NCBI RefSeq assembly: GCF_018687785.1
Contig: NZ_LTBL01000001.1
Coordinates: forward strand, 587,780 to 611,779
DNA from: Methanovulcanius yangii
Lineage (GTDB): Archaea; Halobacteriota; Methanomicrobia; Methanomicrobiales; Methanomicrobiaceae
DNA: 24,000 bases
Direction: 5' to 3'
Shown here piece after piece: positions 16,193 through 23,631 of the stretch. Every line of letters starts with the position of its first letter. Positions within the stretch are counted from its first letter, which is position 1. The notes under the pieces were generated by a model. That model ran no database searches. It saw only the letters and a program-made list of their open reading frames with translations, and was not told where the DNA came from. The translations under genes and the position numbers were made by a program.

Positions 16193-16199
16193 AAAAAAA
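16193..16199 (-). terminator. Oligo-T (T7 on the minus strand) terminator candidate after the giant surface-protein gene
   Basis: A plus-strand A7 run lies 9-15 nt beyond the stop codon at 16208-16210. Confidence 0.5.
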
Positions 16200-16207
16200 G
16201 TGAATGA

Positions 16208-19200
16208 TTATTTAGCAAGGATGACATCTACACCACTGTAATATGTCCCGTCACAAAGCGTTCCAAGAATGGAGATTTCATTTTCCCCTTCTGTCATGAA
16301 CCCTTTAAGGACCTGCCGGTCGAACTTGACCATCAGATCCGGGATATCGTCCTCATCATCGTCTCCCACAGTGTTTGGCTCGATGGCGGGAAGATCGACA
16401 TACTGCCCGTTTATCGTAACGAGTCGGACGGAAGTCTCGCAAAAGTCGTCCGCACCGTATTCGGGAGGCAGTTCGATATAGGCGGTGACAACATTGCCCT
16501 TGCTACCGAGGTTGATCACATCGGGATTGAGATCGACGGACGCCACGAGTTCGGTTGTGAACTCGATCTCGTCGATGGTGCCGTCGTTTCCGATATCATG
16601 TTCAATAACTGTTGTGCATAAGTCCAGATCATCCCAATCTGGTCGAATTACAACCGAAGAATCTTCTTCAATGGTAATTGGGATATTTATATTGAATATA
16701 CCCGGATTATTACCCACTCTTTGGAGATTAAATGTAAATGATTTTTCGGGGCCAATATTTGATAATTTTATGATATCATTGGCATTTGATATTTCAATAG
16801 ATTGGCTCTCTTCTATATCATTGATAATTATCTCGCACATTTTTGCCGTCTCTGCGGATTCTCTACAAACCATCATTTTCATGGTATCCGTGCCCATTCC
16901 AGATTTGAATAGTATTCCAGATTCATCGCTTAAAATCTCTAAATAATCATTTGATCCAGATTTTACCGATATATCCCCTGAAATAAGTAGATTTTCTCTG
17001 GATAAAGTGAAGGATGAAATACCATCCTTCACGCCTACTAATTCACGTTGAACAGCGACATCATCAATCAAATAAAATTCCAGAGTATCTTCCAGTCCAC
17101 TAATTGAATCCATTTTATAAGCGTCGGGAACTTCTCTTACAAAATTGCCGTCGAAATAGCCTAAGTGATTACCGTCTTGATCCGTGTACAATAAATTGCC
17201 AACTTCTGAAAATTCAGAGTCATATTCGCCAGGTATTATCGGTGGTTCATCAATTGTTGATAATCTCACACCTTCAAAATATCTGATGTCTTCTTTTATA
17301 TTCAAGTTGTCATCCAGATTATTATAGTAATAAATCGCAGAATTATCCAATAGATCGACTCTCATTTGCGGAGGAATGCTTGTTTTTGGAAAATTGCTAT
17401 CACTGATGGTTATCTGACCAATACGTGTAGGTTGCACACCCATGGTATATTCTTCAATTCGATATGGCACGCCGATATGGTTATTAAATATCAGTATCAT
17501 CGGATCTTTATTCCATTCACCTGAAGCCATTTGTTGCTTCAATTCAGCGTAAACATTGTTGATTCCATTAAACTGCTTCCGTTCTTCTAATATCTGTTCA
17601 TCATACTGTCTAATATGGTAATATTCAACCCAATCGCGGGGTGTCCTAATAAAATCAAGGCCAGAAAAAATGGACCATGAAGGTAAATCAGCATAAATTT
17701 CATCTCCGAAATCCCACCCAAACATGTCGTTTATAAATAATTTGCAAGAACTGGCTGACATCCCAAAACACGAACCAATTTTTGCCATATCTTTTACATG
17801 TTTATCATAGAAACACTCTGCAATCGGCCGTTTTTGAGGATTTCCATCTTGGTCGAGGATTGGATTTCCATCCTCATTGCAAAATTCTACTTGCCACGTA
17901 CCGTAGGTGCTCTTGAAAAACTCCCATGAAATCGTCTGGTCCCCGAAATTTTTAAATTGGTAATCATGACCATTCTCTTCAAAAGGACTGGATGGTCCAT
18001 CAATGAAATCGGTTTCATACGCTTCTGTGGAAAAAGCGGGCAGGAATATGCATTGATGATTGTTGTATTCATTAACTTCAGCTATTTCACCTTGAGTATC
18101 AACAGATGCAGGGTACACAGGATCAACAACAACGGTAATTTGATTCTCACTTCCGCCGCAAAGTAACAAATAATCAATAATTTCTATGTTAATTGCGATA
18201 GAATCGCCAACATGTAGCGTTTGGGTATCTTCGTTAACTCGCTCCATATAATAGGGCCAAGGATACTCGGCAGAATAACCTTCCTCGTAATCAATTATTC
18301 CATCATCATCACAATCAGGGTCTCCTACGAATAAATGAAGATCAAAGGGATTAGTTACGACCGAATATCCAGAATTAGTTATATTTATTAATAATTCGTC
18401 ATTATACAACCCAGAATCAGGATTATCAATTTCAAGCGTTAAATCAGCCCCCCCAGATTTTACTTCAAAGGGAACAGGGTCATATGCTACTGCGTAAATT
18501 ACTGTCGGGTTAATTGGATCATTAATTGTCAATCTTCCTTCATAGATCCCTTCAGGCAAATTCAATGGTAATTTAGTATTAATATTGCCACTGAAAGGAC
18601 CCGATGAAATATTAGAGAAACCAAAGTCTAAATCTTTGAGAGAGATCCAGTCCCCCCCATCGATATTTCGGATCGCTAATTCATCATTCAATATGACATT
18701 ATTTGATAGATATTTTATTGAATATCTTGCAGAAATATCATCGGCTGACTCATCTCCAGTGAATTTTATACCCTCATCAACATCGAATGATTCAATAAGA
18801 ATTGGGATTTCAAATGCATCATTTACTTGCTTAATATCGTAGTGCATGAGTGGACAAGAGGGATCGTATATAATCAACAAACCTCTGCATGGTCCTAGAT
18901 CAATCCCCTCGGGAATTATCCAGTTGAGTTCATCATCAAGTATGATCGACGTCCCGACTGGAATTTCGACCTGTTGATCGTAGACTTCAAAGGCGGTGGC
19001 CGAGGAATCCCAAATGGTGTATTCAACGCCAAACGTGTGGGTTTCATCTCCATCGTTGATGATCTCGGCCGATGCCGTCACCATATCTCCGGGATACCTG
19101 GCCTCACCCCCTCCTTCGATCGTGAAGCTTGTGACATTCGCAGCAATGGTCGGATCTACCGTTCCTTGCAGGTCATACTGCTCCCACTGCTCCATCAGCG

Positions 19201-21442
19201 GATACTCGTCCATCTCTCCAACTGGAACTGCTTGGGGTGTATCCCCAACACCATTTCCATCTCCATCGGCACCGGCATAGTCACTCCAATAATTCCCAAG
19301 ATAGCTCGTGTACGTACTGCCGTCATATAAGTAGGAGAACAGTTCAGCAGTGTTCCACTGGTTCTGTTCCGTAGAGGTGGAGACTGCTACGTTCTGGCCG
19401 TTGTCGATGAAGTTGTTGAGATATATCTGGTTTCCATTCGAACCATCGAGTTCAAGTCCATTGTTCACACTTCCCGAGATGATGTTTCGAGAAATGGTGT
19501 TATTGCTATGGTTCGAGAATAAGAGGAGGCGAATACCATTATAACCATTGTCGCGGATTGTATTCCCTGAGATATTCATGGAGAGGGCCCCTTCGCCATA
19601 GATACCGCCGGTTTGATCCTGATTGGATCCAATACCTTGTGTATCGGCAATAAGATTACCGGATATCACGACCCCACTTCCGGCATAAAATAAAATGCCA
19701 TTTTCTCTGGACCCAAGAATATCATTGTCAAGGATGGCGAGGTCCCAGCACCCCTCAAAGTAAATTCCTATGTCAGTACCAAGAATCGTATTGGCTGAGA
19801 TCTCCGAATCGGGACTAGCAACTATTCCTATTCTTGCATTTTTCACGATGAACTGCGACAACACAATTCCTTCCACTTGGGACTCAACGGCAGTTTCAGC
19901 TCCCTTTGCATCGATAACCGGATAGCCGCCTCCAGTATCTTCGCCCCAGATCACAAGCTGCTTGTTCACGACTATATTCTCATAATAGGTTCCGCTATCC
20001 ACGACGATCATATGGCCATTGAGGGTGTCGGGGTCGTCTATTGCGGCTTGGATGGTTGAGAAATGTTCACCAGTGTCGATATTGTGAACTGAAATAAGAG
20101 CAGATGTAGGACTAAGTTTCACCACCCAGAAATCTCTTCCTCCGTGGTTTCCGGTCACATCTCCGTCTGTGGAGGCACTGTCTGAGGCAACAATATAGCC
20201 GCCGTCAGACGTCTGCTGAACAGGGCAAGCACCATTATAAACCTCAGTATCTGATCCGCCGAGGCACCTTTGCCACACGATATTGCCGGCATTGTCCAGT
20301 TTAACAACCCACGCATCCTTACCTCCGTGATTTCCGGTCACGTCACCGTCAATTGAATAAGTCATTCCGGCAACGATATAACTACCATCAGATGTTTGTT
20401 GGACAGAGTATGCTTCGTCGGAATCTGTTCCGCCGAGGCACCTTTGCCATACGATATTGCCGGTATTGTCTAGTTTAACAACCCACGCATCCAATCCGGC
20501 ACGACCAGCAACGATATAGCCCCCATCGGCTGTCTGTTGAATGGAGTGAGCACCATCACCTGTCCAACCTCCGAGGCACCGCAGCCATAAGATTTTGCCG
20601 TCATGATCCAGTTTTCCTACCCATGCATCCACATTTCCATGATTTCCGGTCATATCGCCGTCAGTTGAAAAAGTCAATCCGGCAACGATATAGCAGCCGT
20701 CCGACGTCTGTTGAATAGAGTATGCTTCGTCTATATCAGATCCACCTAGGCACCTCTGCCATAGGATTTGACCGTTACTGTTTAATTTAACCACCCATGC
20801 ATCCCATTCTCCGTGATTTCCGGTCACATCGCCGTCATTGGACCAAGTCTGCCCGGTAATAATATAACCGCCGTCAGACGTCTGCTGAACAGAACGTGCA
20901 AAATCGCTACACCATCCTCCAAGGCACCTCTGCCATAGGATTAGGCCGTCGCTGTCCAGTTTCACCAACCAGACATCACCTCCACCGTGGTTCCCCGTTG
21001 CGTCTCCGTTGACCGAAGAAGTGGCTCCGGCAACGATATAACCCCCGTCAGACGTTTGCTTTACAGCCTTGGCAGAATCCGGGCCCTCTCCGCCGAGGCA
21101 CCTTTGCCACACGATGCTGCCAGCACTGTTCAGTTTCACCACCCAAACGTCATTATATCCAACAATATCTCCAGAGTCATGGTTCCCAGTCACGTCGCCG
21201 TCAATCGATTCAGTAAACCCGGCAATAATATATCCGCCGTCATCTGTTTGCTGAACAGATGATGCAATCTCATTAGATGATCCCCCGAGGCATCTCTGCC
21301 ACTCGATCTCCGGTGGATCTTCTGCCGATACCGTACCAACAAGGACACCACAAGCAAGCAATAATGCCAAAATTACAGTAACTGTCGAAAATCGATCACG
21401 AACGAATTTTTCCCCAAAATTTTTGTTCCCAATTTTTTTCAT
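16208..21442 (-). CDS. Giant secreted/cell-surface mosaic protein (1,744 aa): signal peptide, 7-blade beta-propeller repeats, right-handed beta-helix (PbH1/NosD-like), Ig/CARDB-like sandwiches, unassigned globular domain, C-terminal beta module
   Basis: - Start: track ORF 16208..21487; the ATG at 21442 gives MKKIGNKNFGEKFVRDRFSTVTVILALLLACGVLVGTVSA, a signal peptide.
- Propeller: seven W(Q/L)RCLGG...QQTSDGGYIVAG...DGDVTGNHG..DAWVVKLD..G repeats.
- Beta-helix: NISGNTIRDNGYNGI / NTISRNIISGSVNNGLEL / NQIYLNNFIDNG turns, ending in YWSDYAGADGDGNGVGDTPQ...DEYPL.
- CARDB-like ending: EIAEVNEYNNHQ.
- Anchor: no TM or PGF-CTERM-like anchor was seen. Confidence 0.9.
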   Translation of the reverse strand: MKKIGNKNFGEKFVRDRFSTVTVILALLLACGVLVGTVSAEDPPEIEWQRCLGGSSNEIASSVQQTDDGGYIIAGFTESIDGDVTGNHDSGDIVGYNDVWVVKLNSAGSIVWQRCLGGEGPDSAKAVKQTSDGGYIVAGATSSVNGDATGNHGGGDVWLVKLDSDGLILWQRCLGGWCSDFARSVQQTSDGGYIITGQTWSNDGDVTGNHGEWDAWVVKLNSNGQILWQRCLGGSDIDEAYSIQQTSDGCYIVAGLTFSTDGDMTGNHGNVDAWVGKLDHDGKILWLRCLGGWTGDGAHSIQQTADGGYIVAGRAGLDAWVVKLDNTGNIVWQRCLGGTDSDEAYSVQQTSDGSYIVAGMTYSIDGDVTGNHGGKDAWVVKLDNAGNIVWQRCLGGSDTEVYNGACPVQQTSDGGYIVASDSASTDGDVTGNHGGRDFWVVKLSPTSALISVHNIDTGEHFSTIQAAIDDPDTLNGHMIVVDSGTYYENIVVNKQLVIWGEDTGGGYPVIDAKGAETAVESQVEGIVLSQFIVKNARIGIVASPDSEISANTILGTDIGIYFEGCWDLAILDNDILGSRENGILFYAGSGVVISGNLIADTQGIGSNQDQTGGIYGEGALSMNISGNTIRDNGYNGIRLLLFSNHSNNTISRNIISGSVNNGLELDGSNGNQIYLNNFIDNGQNVAVSTSTEQNQWNTAELFSYLYDGSTYTSYLGNYWSDYAGADGDGNGVGDTPQAVPVGEMDEYPLMEQWEQYDLQGTVDPTIAANVTSFTIEGGGEARYPGDMVTASAEIINDGDETHTFGVEYTIWDSSATAFEVYDQQVEIPVGTSIILDDELNWIIPEGIDLGPCRGLLIIYDPSCPLMHYDIKQVNDAFEIPILIESFDVDEGIKFTGDESADDISARYSIKYLSNNVILNDELAIRNIDGGDWISLKDLDFGFSNISSGPFSGNINTKLPLNLPEGIYEGRLTINDPINPTVIYAVAYDPVPFEVKSGGADLTLEIDNPDSGLYNDELLINITNSGYSVVTNPFDLHLFVGDPDCDDDGIIDYEEGYSAEYPWPYYMERVNEDTQTLHVGDSIAINIEIIDYLLLCGGSENQITVVVDPVYPASVDTQGEIAEVNEYNNHQCIFLPAFSTEAYETDFIDGPSSPFEENGHDYQFKNFGDQTISWEFFKSTYGTWQVEFCNEDGNPILDQDGNPQKRPIAECFYDKHVKDMAKIGSCFGMSASSCKLFINDMFGWDFGDEIYADLPSWSIFSGLDFIRTPRDWVEYYHIRQYDEQILEERKQFNGINNVYAELKQQMASGEWNKDPMILIFNNHIGVPYRIEEYTMGVQPTRIGQITISDSNFPKTSIPPQMRVDLLDNSAIYYYNNLDDNLNIKEDIRYFEGVRLSTIDEPPIIPGEYDSEFSEVGNLLYTDQDGNHLGYFDGNFVREVPDAYKMDSISGLEDTLEFYLIDDVAVQRELVGVKDGISSFTLSRENLLISGDISVKSGSNDYLEILSDESGILFKSGMGTDTMKMMVCRESAETAKMCEIIINDIEESQSIEISNANDIIKLSNIGPEKSFTFNLQRVGNNPGIFNINIPITIEEDSSVVIRPDWDDLDLCTTVIEHDIGNDGTIDEIEFTTELVASVDLNPDVINLGSKGNVVTAYIELPPEYGADDFCETSVRLVTINGQYVDLPAIEPNTVGDDDEDDIPDLMVKFDRQVLKGFMTEGENEISILGTLCDGTYYSGVDVILAK
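20102..21301 (-). repeat. Seven tandem coding repeats (about 174 bp / 58 aa each; SBBP-like beta-propeller blades)
   Basis: ORF residues 63-462. Unit lengths by my count are 64, 58, 58, 58, 46, 58 and 58 aa. Each starts with W-Q/L-R-C-L-G-G. Confidence 0.85.
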
Positions 21443-21830
21443 AGCAATTCCCCAACAATCGCATCGGCCAACCTCGATAACAGCCAATGTTTATACCAAA
21501 AATTGGGAGGGGCCTTATAGTTTTGTGCGGTAAGAAATTGCGTAGGGAAAAAATATATATGATTATTGGGGGAAGCAGATCTTAATTTACCTCTGATTGT
21601 TTGTCGTTTTACCGAATTCTAGTCATTGATCAGCAGATATTAATTAAAAAATGCCACAATCGCCAATTCTTCCTCCTTCCACCTCACGCTCTTTTTTTCA
21701 TCTTCTTCCCCATCTCTCTTCTCCTGTGCACCAACAAGCCGTATATTGGCCCTGTACTGGCCCGTTATTTTCAAGGGTGCAAGAGATAGGGAAGTCGGGA
21801 TAGAACCGTGTTTCCTGAGGGTTTAAATCG

Positions 21831-22142
21831 TCATTTTACTATTCGAACACCTTTTCTCTTTGTTTTTTTCTTCCTATCTGGACACTGGAATTTCCCTTCT
21901 ATAAACTCTCCTGTCTCGACAAGATCCTTTATCAGAGCATTGGTGGCCTGTTTTCTATCACGATAATTAGCGAAGTTGTCCCTTAACCAACAATCCAAAC
22001 TATGAGGAGATGAATGCTCTGATCTCCTGCACGCTTCCTGCCCTTGAATTATATAGTCCCTTCCAGATTTCTGAATGTAATCTTTCAACTCGTCTGTGGT
22101 AAAAGACCTACCTTTTTCTTCCGATAATTCAATTCTCATCAT
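21831..22142 (-). CDS. Hypothetical 103-aa protein with a basic C-terminal tail
   Basis: MMRIELSEEKGRSFTTDELKDYIQ...FQCPDRKKKTKRKGVRIVK. An AT-rich TATA-like stretch (minus strand TTATTAATTTAAT, plus about 22160-22175) lies 20-30 nt upstream of the ATG, which suggests its own promoter and a short or absent leader. The family is not recognised. Confidence 0.55.
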   Translation of the reverse strand: MMRIELSEEKGRSFTTDELKDYIQKSGRDYIIQGQEACRRSEHSSPHSLDCWLRDNFANYRDRKQATNALIKDLVETGEFIEGKFQCPDRKKKTKRKGVRIVK

Positions 22143-22224
22143 AAAATTACAATCTATTCATTAAATTAATAATTTAGCACCCAAAGTTAGGTGTCCGCAT
22201 CATCATTCATTCTTTTTTGTGTTC

Positions 22225-22446
22225 CATAAGTCGGTCCTCCACGGACCGTGACTGTGGGAGCAGTGATGCGGAGGCGGTCACCCCCATTAGAGCTGCCGGA
22301 CGCCGAATCAGCAGGGTGAGGTGGTCGGGATTGGCAGAAATTAAGGACAAGGATTTCACGCTAGGCCCCTGTCCCGAACGAGCGAAAGTAAGGAAAGGAG
22401 CGTAGCCTTACTCAGATAAGGGAGAAGATGGCGAGCACTGTCCACC
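22225..22446 (-). ncRNA. Candidate structured non-coding RNA or structured 3'UTR: GC-rich, stop-rich, five consecutive hairpins
   Basis: - Coding potential: the minus strand has stops in all three frames.
- Composition: it is GC-rich inside AT-rich surroundings.
- Stems read by hand (plus coordinates): 22232-22248 (CGGTCC/GGACCG), 22256-22285, 22293-22337 (CTGCC..CCGA..TCGG..GGCAG), 22345-22374 (GGACAAGG/CCTGTCC) and 22386-22413 (AAGTAAGG/CCTTACTC).
- Strand: several stems gain G-U pairs only when read on the minus strand.
- Family: no known RNA family recognised. Confidence 0.35.
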
Positions 22447-22878
22447 TTACTTCACGGCCGCTTCGTCGATCTTGCCGATGAGAATACCTGCATCATGTTG
22501 GTCAAATTCTGACGGAGAACGCCAGATAAACGAGGAATATATTCCTTTATGGTAGTTGTAAAAATTCAGCTCCTTTTTGAACGGATCCATCGAAACCCAA
22601 TCTTGTTTGTCCAGAACTTTCAGATTATCAAAGGTGACTCTGTGGGGATATCTGTCTCCGGCAAAGCGAAGGGATGGATCATAGTGATGCCCCTCGGTCA
22701 CCTGTGCATATCCTGCAAACACCTTCTCCCCGACGATATAGAAGATCAAACGATCGCCGGGCTGAATCTGCTTCACTCTCTTTCCTTTCTTCTCGCTCCA
22801 CCCCGCATCCTGCGTCCCACTCTCAAGAAATCCCCGCCACGTATCGACAGTATGTGCAGACAGCCAATAGCGAACCAT
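22447..22878 (-). CDS. EVE/PUA-like domain protein (archaeal UPF0310-like)
   Basis: MVRYWLSAHTVDTWRGFLESG...VKQIQPGDRLIFYIVGEKVFAGYAQVTEGHHYDPS...DRYPHRVTFDNLKVL. The (M)-x-YWL start, the GD-x-hydrophobic-x-Y strand and the YP-x-RV block match my recollection of EVE/UPF0310 proteins. Confidence 0.7.
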   Translation of the reverse strand: MVRYWLSAHTVDTWRGFLESGTQDAGWSEKKGKRVKQIQPGDRLIFYIVGEKVFAGYAQVTEGHHYDPSLRFAGDRYPHRVTFDNLKVLDKQDWVSMDPFKKELNFYNYHKGIYSSFIWRSPSEFDQHDAGILIGKIDEAAVK

Positions 22879-23382
22879 GAAATTTCACTCAACGGTCTGG
22901 AGGTTAAAGGTATCCGAAAGAAAGGCGGTGCTCATATCTCAACCACCCCCGTCAACAAATCCGCTGCCTTCTACGCCTCCTGGGCGGCGATGACCACGTC
23001 GGGGGCCGTCCCGTCCCGGATGTCCCCTGGCCAAGACACGATGTAGGCCGCGCGTATATCGATGATCGGGTTTGGTCTCTTTCGTTCGGGATATAGTTGC
23101 TTGAAGTTCACACAAAAAGATTTGACATTCAGGTATTATATCGAAATGACAATATCTTACCTATCTATTTAATAATAAGTAGCTACAGTTGGTATTTCAG
23201 ACTTACACATGTAATTTTTTAATATCTATCTAATATTATTCGGACAATCAACAAGAATATATTTAGTGAGAGTATACCTTTTTCCTAGAGGAAAATGGGA
23301 AGGAAAGGATGAATAATCCAAGCCCAGTAATGCCTCATTATTAAATTAGCGGAGCGTATCACCAGTATTTAGAGGGGAATAT

Positions 23383-23562
23383 ATGAACAAAATTGAGTAT
23401 TCAAAATCTGAACCGTATAAGATCAATTCAGGAATTCTGAAAAAATTACCGCCTGTTTATCGTGAGGTTGCAAATATCCTTCTTGAAGATGGATCGTGGA
23501 GAATTGAGAATTCAACTGATTTAAAAAAGTATGATGAAAAATCGAAGGAGAAACTACCGTAA
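23383..23562 (+). CDS. Small hypothetical protein (59 aa; below the ORF-track cutoff)
   Basis: My translation is MNKIEYSKSEPYKINSGILKKLPPVYREVANILLEDGSWRIENSTDLKKYDEKSKEKLP*. The ATG at 23383 is preceded by AGAGGGG (SD-like) 6-12 nt upstream. It lies 69 nt upstream of the HTH gene on the same strand. Confidence 0.35.
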   Translation: MNKIEYSKSEPYKINSGILKKLPPVYREVANILLEDGSWRIENSTDLKKYDEKSKEKLP

Positions 23563-23631
23563 CAAATTTGAGGCTTAATTCTTCTTCCTGGGTATCGAAA
23601 TTCAAAAAATAATTCTTGAGACTTAAAAGAC

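Noticed and set aside
16269-21262. Multiple 60-150-aa plus-strand ORFs inside the giant gene (e.g. 16485..16946, 18974..19330, 20987..21262)
   Set aside because: They are embedded antisense in a 5.2-kb ORF with strong domain signatures. There are no start contexts or motifs.
20102-21301. Regularly spaced ~170-bp repeats that might suggest a CRISPR array or satellite
   Set aside because: The repeats are long, imperfect and in frame within a continuous ORF, where they encode propeller blades. There are no short direct repeats with unique spacers anywhere in the window.
21601-21789. 62-aa plus-strand ORF encoding a Phe/Leu/Pro-rich peptide
   Set aside because: Its composition simply reflects the polypyrimidine tract. 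It has a non-ATG start and no ribosome-binding site.
22195-22215. Box C-like AUGAUGA on the minus strand (GAAUGAAUGAUGAUGCGG), a possible C/D box sRNA
   Set aside because: No box D (CUGA) or C'/D' motifs lie at the appropriate distance downstream, and there is no terminal stem. It is probably chance in AT-rich sequence.
22217-22405. 62-aa plus-strand ORF across the GC-rich element
   Set aside because: It has a non-ATG start and is Arg/Ser/Gly-rich, with no SD or promoter. The region is better explained as non-coding structured sequence.
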